Assembly (NCBI GenBank): GCA_964016885.1
Contig: OZ024742.1
Span: forward strand, 369,954,001 to 370,018,000
DNA from: Eledone cirrhosa
Taxonomy: Eukaryota
Direction of reading: 5' to 3'
Length of the DNA: 64,000 nucleotides
The notes beneath the pieces are model-generated. The model made no database searches, was not told the DNA's origin, and saw nothing but the letters and a program-made list of their open reading frames with translations. Below, piece after piece: positions 30,001 to 45,000 of this stretch. The stretch's first letter is position 1; the number at the start of each line of letters is the position of its first letter. Position numbers and translations under genes: made by a program.

Positions 30001-33000
30001 CATATTATTGTCTATGTTGACATGGGTTAGACAGATCCTGTCTCACAATAGATAGGTCAAGACATCCACTGTACATCTTATTGTCTAGGGTGACAAGGGT
30101 TAGACAGATCCAGTCTCACAACAGATAGGTCAAGACATCCACTGTACATCTTATTGTCTAGGTTGACATGGTTTAGACAGATGCTGTCTCACAATAGACA
30201 GGTCAAGATATCCACTGTACATCTTATTGTCTATGTTGACATGGGTTAGACAGATCCTGTCTCACAATAGATAGGTCAAGACATCCACTGTACAACATCT
30301 TATTATCTAGGTTGACATGGGTTAGACAGATCCTGTCTCACAATAGATAGGTCAAGACATCCACTGTACATCTTATTGTCTAGGTTGACATGGGTTAGAC
30401 AGATCCTGTCTCACAATAGACAGGTCAAGACATCCACTGTACAACATCTTATTGTCTAGGTTGACATGGGTTAGACAGATCCTGTCTCACAATAGATAGG
30501 TCAAGACATCCACTGTACAACATCTTATTGTCTAGGTTGACATGGGTTAGACAGATCCTGTCTCACAATAGATAGGTCAAGACATCCACTGTACATCTTA
30601 TTTTCTAGGTTGACATGGGTTAGACAGATCCTGTCTCACAATAGATAGGTTAAGACATCCACTGTACAACATCTTATCGTCAATGTTGACATGGGTTAGA
30701 CAGATCCAGTCTCACAATAGATAGGTCAAGACATCCACTGTACATCTTATAGTCTAGGTTGACATGGGTTAGACAGATCCTGTCTCAAAATAGACAGGTC
30801 AAGACATCCACTGTACATCTTATTGTCTAGGTTGACATGGGTTAGACAGATCCTGTCTCACAATAGACAGGTCAAGACATCCACTGTACAACATCTTATT
30901 GTCTAGGTTGACATGGGTTAGACAGATCCTGTCTCACAATAGACAGTTTAAGACATCCACTGTACAACATCTTATTGTCTAGGTTGACATGGGTTAGACA
31001 GATCCTGTCTCACGATAGATAGGTCAAGACATCCACTGTACAACATCTAATTGTCTAGGTTGACATGGGTTAGACAGATCCTGTCTCACAATAGATAGGT
31101 CAAGACATCCACTGTACAACATCTTATTGTCTAGGTTGACATGGGTTAGACAGATCCTGTCTCACAATAGATAGGTCAAGACATCCACTGTACAACATCT
31201 TATTGTCTATGTTGACATGGGTTAGACAGATCGAGTCTCACAATAGATAGGTCAAGACATCCACTGTACATCTTATTGTCTAGGTTGGCATGGGTCAGAC
31301 AGATCCAGTCTCACAATAGATAGGTCAAGACATCCACTATACAACATCTTATTGTCTAGGTTGACATGGGTTAGACAGATCCTGTCTCACAATAGACAGG
31401 TCAAGACATCCACTGTACAACATCTTATTGTCTATGTTGACATGGGTTAGACAGATCCTGTCTCACAATAGACAGGTCAAGACATCCACTGTACAACATC
31501 TTATTGTCTATGTTGACATGGGTTAGACAGATCCTGTCTCACAATAGACAGGTCAAGACATCCACTGTACAACATCTTATTGTCTAGGTTGACATAGGTT
31601 AGACAGATCCAGTCTCACAATAGATAGGTCAAGACATCCACTGTACAACATCTTATTGTCTAGGTTGACATGGGTTAGACAGATCGAGTCTCACAATAGA
31701 TAGGTCAAGACATCCACTGTACAACATCTTATTGTCTAGGTTGACATGGGTTAGACAGATCCTGTCTCACAATAGACAGGTCAAGACATCCACTGTACAA
31801 CATCTTATTGTCTAGGTTGACATGGGTTAGACAGATCCTGTCTCACAATAGATAGGTCAAGACATCCACTGTACATCTTATTGTCTAGGTTGACATGGGT
31901 TAGACAGATCCTGTCTCACAATAGACAGGTCAAGACATCCACTGTACAACATCTTATTGTCTAGGTTGACATGGGTTAGACAGATCGAGTCTCACAATAG
32001 ATAGGTCAAGACATCCACTATACATCTTATTGTCTAGGTTGGCATGGGTCAGACAGATCCAGTCTCACAATAGATAGGTCAAGACATCCACTATACAACA
32101 TCTTATTGTCTAGGTTGACATGGGTTAGACAGATCCTGTCTCACAATAGACAGGTCAATTCATCCACTGTACAACATCTTATTGTCTATGTTGACATGGG
32201 TTAGACAGATCCTGTCTCACAATAGACAGGTCAAGACATCCACTGTACAACATCTTATTGTCTAGGTTGACATGGGTTAGACAGATCCTGTCTCACAATA
32301 GACAGGTCAAGACATCCACTGTACAACATCTTATTGTCTAGGTTGACATGGGTTAGACAGATCCAGTCTCACAATAGATAGGTGAAGACATCCACTGTAC
32401 AACATCTTATTGTCTAGGTTGACATGGGTTAGACAGATCGAGTCTCACAATAGATAGGTCAAGACATCCACTGTACAACATCTTATTGTCTAGGTTGGCA
32501 TGGGTTAGACAGATCCAGTCTCACAATAGATAGGTCAAGACATCCACTATACAACATCTTATTGTCTATGTTGACATGGGTTAGACAGATCCTGTCTCAT
32601 AATAGACAGGTCAAGACATCCACTGTACAACATCTTATTGTCTAGGTTGACATGGGTTAGACAGATCCTGTCTCACAATAGACAGGTCAAGACATCCACT
32701 GTACAACATCTTATTGTCTGGGTTGACATGGGTTAGACAGATCCTGCTCACAATAGATAGGTCAAGACATCCACTGTACAACATCTTATTGTCTATGTTG
32801 ACATGGGTTAGACAGATCCTGTCTCACAATAGATAGGTCAAGACATCCACTGTACATCTTAATGTCTAGGGTGACAAGGGTTAGACAGATCCAGTCTCAC
32901 AACAGATAGGTCAAGACATCCACTGTACATCTTATTGTCTAGGTTGACATGGTTTAGACAGATCCTGTCTCACAATAGACAGGTCAAGATATCCACTGTA

Positions 33001-36000
33001 CATCTTATTGTCTATGTTGACATGGGTTAGACAGATCCTGTCTCACACTAGATAGGTTAAGACATCCACTGTACAACATCTTATTATCTAGGTTGACATG
33101 GGTTAGACAGATCCTGTCTCACAATAGATAGGTCAAGACATCCACTCTACATCTTATTGTCTAGGTTGACATGGGTTAGACAGATCCTGTCTCACAATAG
33201 ACAGGTCAAGACATCCACTGTACAACATCTTATTGTCTAGGTTGACATGGGTTAGACAGATCCTGTCTCACAATAGATAGGTCAAGACATCCACTGTACA
33301 ACATCTTATTGTCTAGGTTGACATGGGTTAGACAGATCCTGTCTCACAATAGATAGGTCAAGACATCCACTGTACATCTTATTTTCTAGGTTGACATGGG
33401 TTAGACAGATCCTGTCTCACAATAGATAGGTCAAGACATCCACTGTACAACATCTTATCGTCTATGTTGACATGGGTTAGACAGATCCAGTCTCACAATA
33501 GATAGGTCAAGACATCCACTGTACATCTTATAGTCTAGGTTGACATGGGTTAGACAGATCCTGTCTCAAAATAGACAGGTCAAGACATCCACTGTACATC
33601 TTATTGTCTAGGTTGACATGGGTTAGACAGATCCTGTCTCACAATAGACAGGTCAAGACATCCACTGTACAACAACTTATTGTCTAGTTTGACATGGGTT
33701 AGACAGATCCTGTCTCACAATAGACAGTTTAAGACATCCACTGTACAACATCTTATTGTCTAGGTTGACATGGGTTAGACAGATCCTGTCTCACGATAGA
33801 TAGGTCAAGACATCCACTGTACAACATCTTATTGTCTAGGTTGACATGGGTTAGACAGATCCTGTCTCACAATAGATAGGTCAAGACATCCACTGTACAA
33901 CATCTTATTGTCTAGGTTGACATGGGTTAGACAGATCCTGTCTCACAATAGACAGGTCAAGACATCCACTGTACATCTTATTGTCTAGGTTGACATGGGT
34001 TAGACAGATCCTGTCTCACAATAGATAGATCAAGACATCCACTGTACAACATCTTATTGTCTAGGTTGACATGGGTTAGACAGATCCTGTCTCACAATAG
34101 ACAGGTCAAGACATTCACTGTACAACATCTTATTGTCAATGTTGACAAGGGTTAGACAGATCCTGTCTCACAATAGATCGGTCACGACATCCACTGTACA
34201 TCTTAATGTCTAGGTTGACATGGGTTAGACAGATCCTGTCTCACAATAGACAGGTCAAGACATCCACTGTACAACATCTTATTGTCTGGGTTGACATGGG
34301 TTAGACAGATCCTGTCTCACAATAGATAGGTCAAGACATCCACTGCACAACATCTTATTGTCTAGGTTGACATGGGTTAGACAGATTCTGTCTTACAATA
34401 AATAGGTCAAGACATCCACTGTACAACATCTTATTGTCTAGGTTGACATGGGTTAGACAGATCCTCTCTCACAATAGACAGGTCAAGACATCCACTGTAC
34501 AACATCTTATTGTCTAGGTTGACATGGGTTAGACAGATCCAGTCTCACAATAGATAGGTCAAGACATCCACTATACAACATCTTATTGTCTAGGTTGACA
34601 TGGGTTAGACAGATCCTGTCTCACAATAGACAGGTCAAGACATCCACTGTACAACATCTTATTGTCTGGGTTGACATGGGTTAGACAGATCCAGTCTCAC
34701 AATAGATAGGTCAAGACATCCACTATACAACATCTTATTGTCTAGGTTGACATGGGTTAGACAGATCCTGTCTCACAATAGACAGGTCAAGACATCCACT
34801 GTACAACATCTTATTGTCTATGTTGACATGGGTTAGACAGATACTGTCTCACAATAGACAGGTCAAGACATCCACTGTACAACATCTTATTGTCTAGGTT
34901 GACATGGGTTAGACAGATCCTGTCTCACAATAGACAGGTCAAGACATCCACTGTACAACATCTTATTGTCTGGGTTGACATGGGTTAGACAGATCCTGCT
35001 CACAATAGATAGGTCAAGACATCCACTGTACAACATCTTATTGTCTGGGTTGACATGGGTTAGACAGATCCTGCTCACAATAGACAGGTCAAGACATCCA
35101 CTGTACAACATCTTATTGTCTAGGTTGACATGGGTTAGACAGATCCAGTCTCACAATAGATAGGTCAAGACATCCACTATACAACATCTTATTGTCTAGG
35201 TTGACATGGGTTAGACAGATCCTGTCTCACAATAGACAGGTCAAGACATCCACTGTACAACATCTTATTGTCTGGGTTGACATGGGTTAGACAGATCCAG
35301 TCTCACAATAGATAGGTCAAGACATCCACTATACAACATCTTATTGTCTAGGTTGACATGGGTTAGACAGATCCTGTCTCACAATAGACAGGTCAAGACA
35401 TCCACTGTACAACATCTTATTGTCTATGTTGACATGGGTTAGACAGATACTGTCTCACAATAGACAGGTCAAGACATCCACTGTACAACATCTTATTGTC
35501 TAGGTTGACATGGGTTAGACAGATCCTGTCTCACAATAGACAGGTCAAGACATCCACTGTACAACATCTTATTGTCTGGGTTGACATGGGTTAGACAGAT
35601 CCTGCTCACAATAGATAGGTCAAGACATCCACTGTACAACATCTTATTGTCTATGTTGACATGGGTTAGACAGATCCTGTCTCACAATAGATAGGTCAAG
35701 ACATCCACTGTACATCTTATTGTCTAGGGTGACAAGGGTTAGACAGATCCAGTCTCACAACAGATAGGTCAAGACATCCACTGTACATCTTATTGTCTAG
35801 GTTGACATGGGTTAGACAGATCCTGTCTCACAATAGATAGGTCAAGACATCCACTGTACATCTTATTTTCTAGGTTGAAATGGGTTAGACAGATCCTGTC
35901 TCACAATAGATAGGTCAAGACATCCACTGTACAACATCTTATCGTCTATGTTGACATGGGTTAGACAGATCCAGTCTCACAATAGATAGGTCAAGACATC

Positions 36001-39000
36001 CACTGTACATCTTATAGTCTAGGTTGACATGGATTAGACAGATCCTGTCTCAAAATAGACAGGTCAAGACATCCACTGTACATCTTATTGTCTAGGTTGA
36101 CATGGGTTAGACAGATCCTGTCTCACAATAGACAGGTCAAGACATCCACTGTACAACAACTTATTGTCTAGTTTGACATGGGTTAGACAGATCCTGTCTC
36201 ACAATAGACAGTTTAAGACATCCACTGTACAACATCTTATTGTCTAGGTTGACATGGGTTAGACAGATCCTGTCTCACGATAGATAGGTCAAGACATCCA
36301 CTGTACAACATCTTATTGTCTAGGTTGACATGGGTTAGACAGATCCTGTCTCACAATAGATAGGTCAAGACATCCACTGTACAACATCTTATTGTCTAGG
36401 TTGACATGGGTTAGACAGATCCTGTCTCACAATAGACAGGTCAAGACATCCACTGTACATCTTATTGTCTAGGTTAACATGGGTTAGACAGATCCTGTCT
36501 CACAATAGACAGGTTAAGACATCCACTGTACATCTTATTGTCTAGGTTGACATGGGTTAAACAGATCCTGTCTCACAATAGATAGCTCAAGACATCCACT
36601 GTACAACATCTTATTGTCTAGGGTGACATGGGTTAGACAGATCCTGTCTCACAATAGATAGGTCAAGACATCCACTGTACAACATCTTATTGTCTAGGTT
36701 GACATGGGTTAGACAGGTCCTGTCGCACAATAGATAGGTCAAGACATCCACTGTACATCTTATTGTCTAGGTTGACATGGGTTAGACAGATCCTGTCTCA
36801 CAATAGATAGATCAAGACATCCACTGTACAACATCTTATTGTCTAGGTTGACATGGGTTAGACAGATCCTGTCTCACAATAGACAGGTCAAGACATTCAC
36901 TGTACAACATCTTATTGTCAATGTTGACAAGGGTTAGACAGATCCTGTCTCACAATAGATCGGTCACGACATCCACTGTACATCTTAATGTCTAGGTTGA
37001 CATGGGTTAGACAGATCCTGTCTCACAATAGACAGGTCAAGACATCCACTGTACAACATCTTATTGTCTGGGTTGATATGGGTTAGACAGATCCTGTCTC
37101 AAAATAGACAGGTCAAGACATCCACTGTACATCTTATTGTCTAGGTTGACATGGGTTAGACAGATCCTGTCTCACAATAGATAGATCAAGACATCCACTG
37201 TACAACATCTTATTGTCTAGGTTGACATGGGTTAGACAGATCCTGTCTCACAATAGACAGGTCAAGACATCCACTGTACATCTTATTGTCTAGGTTGACA
37301 TGGGTTAGACAGATCCTGTCTCACAATAGATAGATCAAGACATCCACTGTACAACATCTTATTGTCTAGGTTGACATGGGTTAGACAGATCCTGTCTCAC
37401 AATAGACAGGTCAAGACATTCACTGTACAACATCTTATTGTCAATGTTGACAAGGGTTAGACAGATCCTGTCTCACAATAGATCGGTCACGACATCCACT
37501 GTACATCTTAATGTCTAGGTTGACATGGGTTAGACAGATCCTGTCTCACAATAGACAGGTCAAGACATCCACTGTACAACATCTTATTGTCTAGGTTGAC
37601 ATGGGTTAGACAGATCCAATCTCACAATAGATAGGTCAAGACATCCACTATACAACATCTTATTGTCTAGGTTGACATGGGTTAGACAGATACTGTCTCA
37701 CAATAGACAGGTCAAGACATCCACTGTACAACATCTTATTGTCTATGTTGACATGGGTTAGACAGATCCTGTCTCACAATAGACAGGTCAAGACATCCAC
37801 TGTACAACATCTTATTGTCTAGGTTGACATGGGTTAGACAGATCCTGTCTCACAATAGACAGGTCAAGACATCCACTGTACAACATCTTATTGTCTGGGT
37901 TGACATGGGTTAGACAGATCCTGCTCACAATAGATAGGTCAAGACATCCACTGTACAACATCTTATTGTCTATGTTGACATGGGTTAGACAGATCCTGTC
38001 TCACAATAGATAGGTCAAGACATCCACTGTACATCTTATTGTCTAGGGTGACAAGGGTTAGACAGATCCAGTCTCACAACAGATAGGTCAAGACATCCAC
38101 TGTACATCTTATTGTCTAGGTTGACATGGTTTAGACAGATCCTGTCTCACAATAGACAGGTCAAGATATCCACTGTATATCTTATTGTCTATGTTGACAT
38201 GGGTTAGACAGATCCTGTCTCACAATAGATAGGTCAAGATATCCACTGTACAACATCTTATTATCTAGGTTGACATGGGTTAGACAGATCCTGTCTCACA
38301 ATAGATAGGTCAAGACATCCACTGTACATCTTATTGTCTAGGTTGACATGGGTTAGACAGATCCTGTCTCACAATAGACAGGTCAAGACATCCACTGTAC
38401 AACATCTTATTGTCTAGGTTGACATGGGTTAGACAGATCCTGTCTCACAATAGATAGGTCAAGACATCCACTGTACAACATCTTTTTGTCTAGGTTGACA
38501 TGGGTTAGACAGATCCTGTCTCACAATAGATAGGTCAAGACATCCACTGTACATCTTATTTTCTAGGTTGACATGGGTTAGACAGATCCTGTCTCACAAT
38601 AGATAGGTCAAGACATCCACTGTACAACATCTTATCGTCTATGTTGACATGGGTTAGACAGATCCAGTCTCACAATAGATAGGTCAAGACATCCACTGTA
38701 CATCTTATAGTCTAGTTTGACATGGGTTAGACAGATCCTGTCTCAAAATAGACAGGTCAAGACATCCACTGTACATCTTATTGTCTAGGTTGACATGGGT
38801 TAGACAGATCCTGTCTCACAATAGACAGGTTAAGACATCCACTGTACATCTTATTGTCTAGGTTGACATGGGTTAAACAGATCCTGTCTCACAATAGATA
38901 GCTCAAGACATCCACTGTACAACATCTTATTGTCTAGGGTGACATGGGTTAGACAGATCCTGTCTCACAATAGATAGGTCAAGACATCCACTGTACAACA

Positions 39001-42000
39001 TCTTATTGTCTAGGTTGACATGGGTTAGACAGGTCCTGTCGCACAATAGATAGGTCAAGACATCCACTGTACATCTTATTGTCTAGGTTGACATGGGTTA
39101 GACAGATCCTGTCTCACAATAGATAGATCAAGACATCCACTGTACAACATCTTATTGTCTAGGTTGACATGGGTTAGACAGATCCTGTCTCACAATAGAC
39201 AGGTCAAGACATTCACTGTACAACATCTTATTGTCAATGTTGACAAGGGTTAGACAGATCCTGTCTCACAATAGATCGGTCACGACATCCACTGTACATC
39301 TTAATGTCTAGGTTGACATGGGTTAGACAGATCCTGTCTCACAATAGATAGGTCAAGACATCCACTGTACAACATCTTACTGTCTGGGTTGACATGGGTT
39401 AGACAGATCCTGTCTCACAATAGATAGGTCAAGACATCCACTGCACAACATCTTATTGTCTAGGTTGACATGGGTTAGACAGATTCTGTCTTACAATAAA
39501 TAGGTCAAGACATCCACTGTACAACATCTTATTGTCTAGGTTGACATGGGTTAGACAGATCCTCTCTCACAATAGACAGGTCAAGACATCCACTGTACAA
39601 CATCTTATTGTCTAGGTTGACATGGGTTAGACAGATCCAGTCTCACAATAGATAGGTCAAGACATCCACTGTACAACATCTTATTGTCTAGGTTGACATG
39701 GGTTAGACAGATCGAGTCTCACAATAGATAGGTCAAGACATCCACTGTACAACATCTTATTTTCTAGGTTGGCATGGGTTAGACAGATCCAGTCTCACAA
39801 TAGATAGGTCAAGACATCCACTATACAACATCTTATTGTCTAGGTTGACATGGGTTAGACAGATCCTGTCTCACAATAGACAGGTCAAGACATCCACTGT
39901 ACAACATCTTATTGTCTATGTTGACATGGGTTAGACAGATCCTGTCTCACAATAGACAGGTCAAGACATCCACTGTACAACATCTTATTGTCTAGGTTGA
40001 CATGGGTTAGACAGATCCTGTCTCACAATAGACAGGTCAAGACATCCACTGTACAACATCTTATTGTCTGGGTTGACATGGGTTAGACAGATCCTGCTCA
40101 CAATAGATAGGTCAAGACATCCACTGTACAACATCTTATTGTCTATGTTGACATGGGTTAGACAGATCCTGTCTCACAATAGATAGGTCAAGACATCCAC
40201 TGTACATCTTATTGTCTAGGGTGACAAGGGTTAGACAGATCCAGTCTCACAACAGATAGGTCAAGACATCCACTGTACATCTTATTGTCTAGGTTGACAT
40301 GGTTTAGACAGATCCTGTCTCACAATAGACAGGTCAAGATATCCACTGTACATCTTATTGTCTATGTTGACATGGGTTAGACAGATCCTGTCTCACAATA
40401 AATAGGTCAAGACATCCACTGTACAACATCTTATTATCTAGGTTGACATGGGTTAGACAGATCCTGTCTCACAATAGATAGGTCAAGACATCCACTGTAC
40501 ATCTTATTGTCTAGGTTGACATGGGTTAGACAGATCCTGTCTCACAATAGACAGGTCAAGACATCCACTGTACAACATCTTATTGTCTGGGTTGACATGG
40601 GTTAGACAGATCCTGCTCACAATAGATAGGTCAAGACATCCACTGTACAACATCTTATTGTCTATGTTGACATGGGTTAGACAGATCCTGTCTCACAATA
40701 GATAGGTCAAGACATCCACTGTACATCTTATTGTCTAGGGTGACAAGGGTTAGACAGATCCAGTCTCACAACAGATAGGTCAAGACATCCACTGTACATC
40801 TTATTGTCTAGGTTGACATGGTTTAGACAGATCCTGTCTCACAATAGACAGGTCAAGATATCCACTGTACATCTTATTGTCTATGTTGACATGGGTTAGA
40901 CAGATCCTGTCTCACAATAGATAGGTCAAGACATCCACTGTACAACATCTTATTATCTAGGTTGACATGGGTTAGACAGATCCTGTCTCACAATAGATAG
41001 GTCAAGACATCCACTGTACATCTTATTGTCTAGGTTGACATGGGTTAGACAGATCCTGTCTCACAATAGACAGGTCAAGACATCCACTGTACAACATCTT
41101 ATTGTCTAGGTTGACATGGGTTAGACAGATCCTGTCTCACAATAGATAGGTCAAGACATCCACTGTACAACATCTTATTGTCTAGGTTGACATGGGTTAG
41201 ACAGATCCTGTCTCACAATAGATAGGTCAAGACATCCACTGTACATCTTATTTTCTAGGTTGACATGGGTTAGACAGAACCTGTCTCACAATAGATAGGT
41301 CAAGACATCCACTGTACAACATCTTATCGTCTATGTTGACATGGGTTAGACAGATCCAGTCTCACAATAGATAGGTCAAGACATCCACTGTACATATTAT
41401 AGTCTAGGTTGACATGGGTTAGACAGATCCTGTCTCAAAATAGACAGGTCAAGACATCCACTGTACATCTTATTGTCTAGGTTGACATGGGTTAGACAGA
41501 TCCTGTCTCACAATAGACAGGTCAAGACATCCACTGTACAACAACTTATTGTCTAGTTTGACATGGGTTAGACAGATCCTGTCTCACAATAGACAGTTTA
41601 AGACATCCACTGTACAACATCTTATTGTCTAGGTTGACATGGGTTAGACAGATCCTGTCTCACGATAGATAGGTCAAGACATCCACTGTACAACATCTTA
41701 TTGTCTAGGTTGACATGGGTTAGACAGATCCTGTCTCACAATAGATAGGTCAAGACATCCACTGTACAACATCTTATTGTCTAGGTTGACATGGGTTAGA
41801 CAGATCCTGTCTCACAATAGACAGGTCAAGACATCCACTGTACATCTTATTGTCTAGGTTGACATGGGTTAAACAGATCCTGTCTCACAATAGATAGCTC
41901 AAGACATCCACTGTACAACATCTTATTGTCTAGGGTGACATGGGTTAGACAGATCCTGTCTCACAATAGATAGGTCAAGACATCCACTGTACAACATCTT

Positions 42001-45000
42001 ATTGTCTAGGTTGACATGGGTTAGACAGGTCCTGTCGCACAATAGATAGGTCAAGACATCCACTGTACATCTTATTGTCTAGGTTGACATGGGTTAGACA
42101 GATCCTGTCTCACAATAGATAGATCAAGACATCCACTGTACAACATCTTATTGTCTAGGTTGACATGGGTTAGACAGATCCTGTCTCACAATAGACAGGT
42201 CAAGACATTCACTGTACAACATCTTATTGTCAATGTTGACAAGGGTTAGACAGATCCTGTCTCACAATAGATCGGTCACGACATCCACTGTACATCTTAA
42301 TGTCTAGGTTGACATGGGTTAGACAGATCCTGTCTCACAATAGACAGGTCAAGACATCCACTGTACAACATCTTATTGTCTGGGTTGACATGGGTTAGAC
42401 AGATCCTGTCTCACAATAGATAGGTCAAGACATCCACTGCACAACATCTTATTGTCTAGGTTGACATGGGTTAGACAGATTCTGTCTTACAATAAATAGG
42501 TCAAGACATCCACTGTACAACATCTTATTGTCTAGGTTGACATGGGTTAGACAGATCCTCTCTCACAATAGACAGGTCAAGACATCCACTGTACAACATC
42601 TTATTGTCTAGGTTGACATGGGTTAGACAGATCCAGTCTCACAATAGATAGGTCAAGACATCCACTGTACAACATCTTATTGTCTAGGTTGACATGGGTT
42701 AGACAGATCGAGTCTCACAATAGATAGGTCAAGACATCCACTGTACAACATCTTATTGTCTAGGTTGGCATGGGTTAGACAGATCCAGTCTCACAATAGA
42801 TAGGTCAAGACATCCACTATACAACATCTTATTGTCTAGGTTGACATGGGTTAGACAGATCCTGTCTCACAATAGACAGGTCAAGACATCCACTGTACAA
42901 CATCTTATTGTCTATGTTGACATGGGTTAGACAGATCCTGTCTCACAATAGACAGGTCAAGATATCCACTGTATATCTTATTGTCTATGTTGACATGGGT
43001 TAGACAGATCCTGTCTCACAATAGATAGGTCAAGACATCCACTGTACAACATCTTATTATCTAGGTTGACATGGGTTAGACAGATCCTGTCTCACAATAG
43101 ATAGGTCAAGACATCCACTGTACATCTTATTGTCTAGGTTGACATGGGTTAGACAGATCCTGTCTCACAATAGACAGGTCAAGACATCCACTGTACAACA
43201 TCTTATTGTCTAGGTTGACATGGGTTAGACAGATCCTGTCTCACAATAGATAGGTCAAGACATCCACTGTACAACATCTTATTGTCTAGGTTGACATGGG
43301 TTAGACAGATCCTGTCTCACAATAGATAGGTCAAGACATCCACTGTACATCTTATTTTCTAGGTTGACATGGGTTAGACAGATCCTGTCTCACAATAGAT
43401 AGGTCAAGACATCCACTGTACAACATCTTATCGTCTATGTTGACATGGGTTAGACAGATCCAGTCTCACAATAGATAGGTCAAGACATCCACTGTACATC
43501 TTATAGTCTAGGTTGACATGGGTTAGACAGATCCTGTCTCAAAATAGACAGGTCAAGACATCCACTGTACATCTTATTGTCTAGGTTGACATGGGTTAGA
43601 CAGATCCTGTCTCACAATAGACAGGTTAAGACATCCACTGTACATCTTATTGTCTAGGTTGACATGGGTTAAACAGATCCTGTCTCACAATAGATAGCTC
43701 AAGACATCCACTGTACAACATCTTATTGTCTAGGGTGACATGGGTTAGACAGATCCTGTCTCACAATAGATAGGTCAAGACATCCACTGTACAACATCTT
43801 ATTGTCTAGGTTGACATGGGTTAGACAGGTCCTGTCGCACAATAGATAGGTCAAGACATCCACTGTACATCTTATTGTCTAGGTTGACATGGGTTAGACA
43901 GATCCTGTCTCACAATAGATAGATCAAGATATCCACTGTACAACATCTTATTGTCTAGGTTGACATGGGTTAGACAGATCCTGTCTCACAATAGACAGGT
44001 CAAGACATTCACTGTACAACATCTTATTGTCAATGTTGACAAGGGTTAGACAGATCCTGTCTCACAATAGATCGGTCACGACATCCACTGTACATCTTAA
44101 TGTCTAGGTTGACATGGGTTAGACAGATCCTGTCTCACAATAGACAGGTCAAGACATCCACTGTACAACATCTTATTGTCTGGGTTGACATGGGTTAGAC
44201 AGATCCTGTCTCACAATAGATAGGTCAAGACATCCACTGCACAACATCTTATTGTCTAGGTTGACATGGGTTAGACAGATTCTGTCTTACAATAAATAGG
44301 TCAAGACATCCACTGTACAACATCTTATTGTCTAGGTTGACATGGGTTAGACAGATCCTCTCTCACAATAGACAGGTCAAGACATCCACTGTACAACATT
44401 TTATTGTCTAGGTTGACATGGGTTAGACAGATCCAGTCTCACAATAGATAGGTCAAGACATCCACTGTACAACATCTTATTGTCTAGGTTGACATGGGTT
44501 AGACAGATCGAGTCTCACAATAGATAGGTCAAGACATCCACTGTACAACATCTTATTGTCTAGGTTGGCATGGGTTAGACAGATCCAGTCTCACAATAGA
44601 TAGGTCAAGACATCCACTATACAACATCTTATTGTCTAGGTTGACATGGGTTAGACAGATCCTGTCTCACAATAGACAGGTCAAGACATCCACTGTACAA
44701 CATCTTATTGTCTATGTTGACATGGGTTAGACAGATCCTGTCTCACAATAGACAGGTCAAGACATCCACTGTACAACATCTTATTGTCTAGGTTGACATG
44801 GGTTAGACAGATCCTGTCTGACAATAGACAGGTCAAGACATCCACTGTACAACATCTTATTGTCTGGGTTGACATGGGTTAGACAGATCCTGCTCACAAT
44901 AGATAGGTCAAGACATCCACTGTACAACATCTTATTGTCTATGTTGACATGGGTTAGACAGATCCTGTCTCACAATAGATAGGTCAAGACATCCACTGTA

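Noticed and set aside
34887-35163. Two ORFs with 25-aa repeats
   Set aside because: They arise only because two adjacent 75-bp monomers keep frame. Normal 76/73-bp monomers shift frame and hit stops, so this is not a coding repeat.
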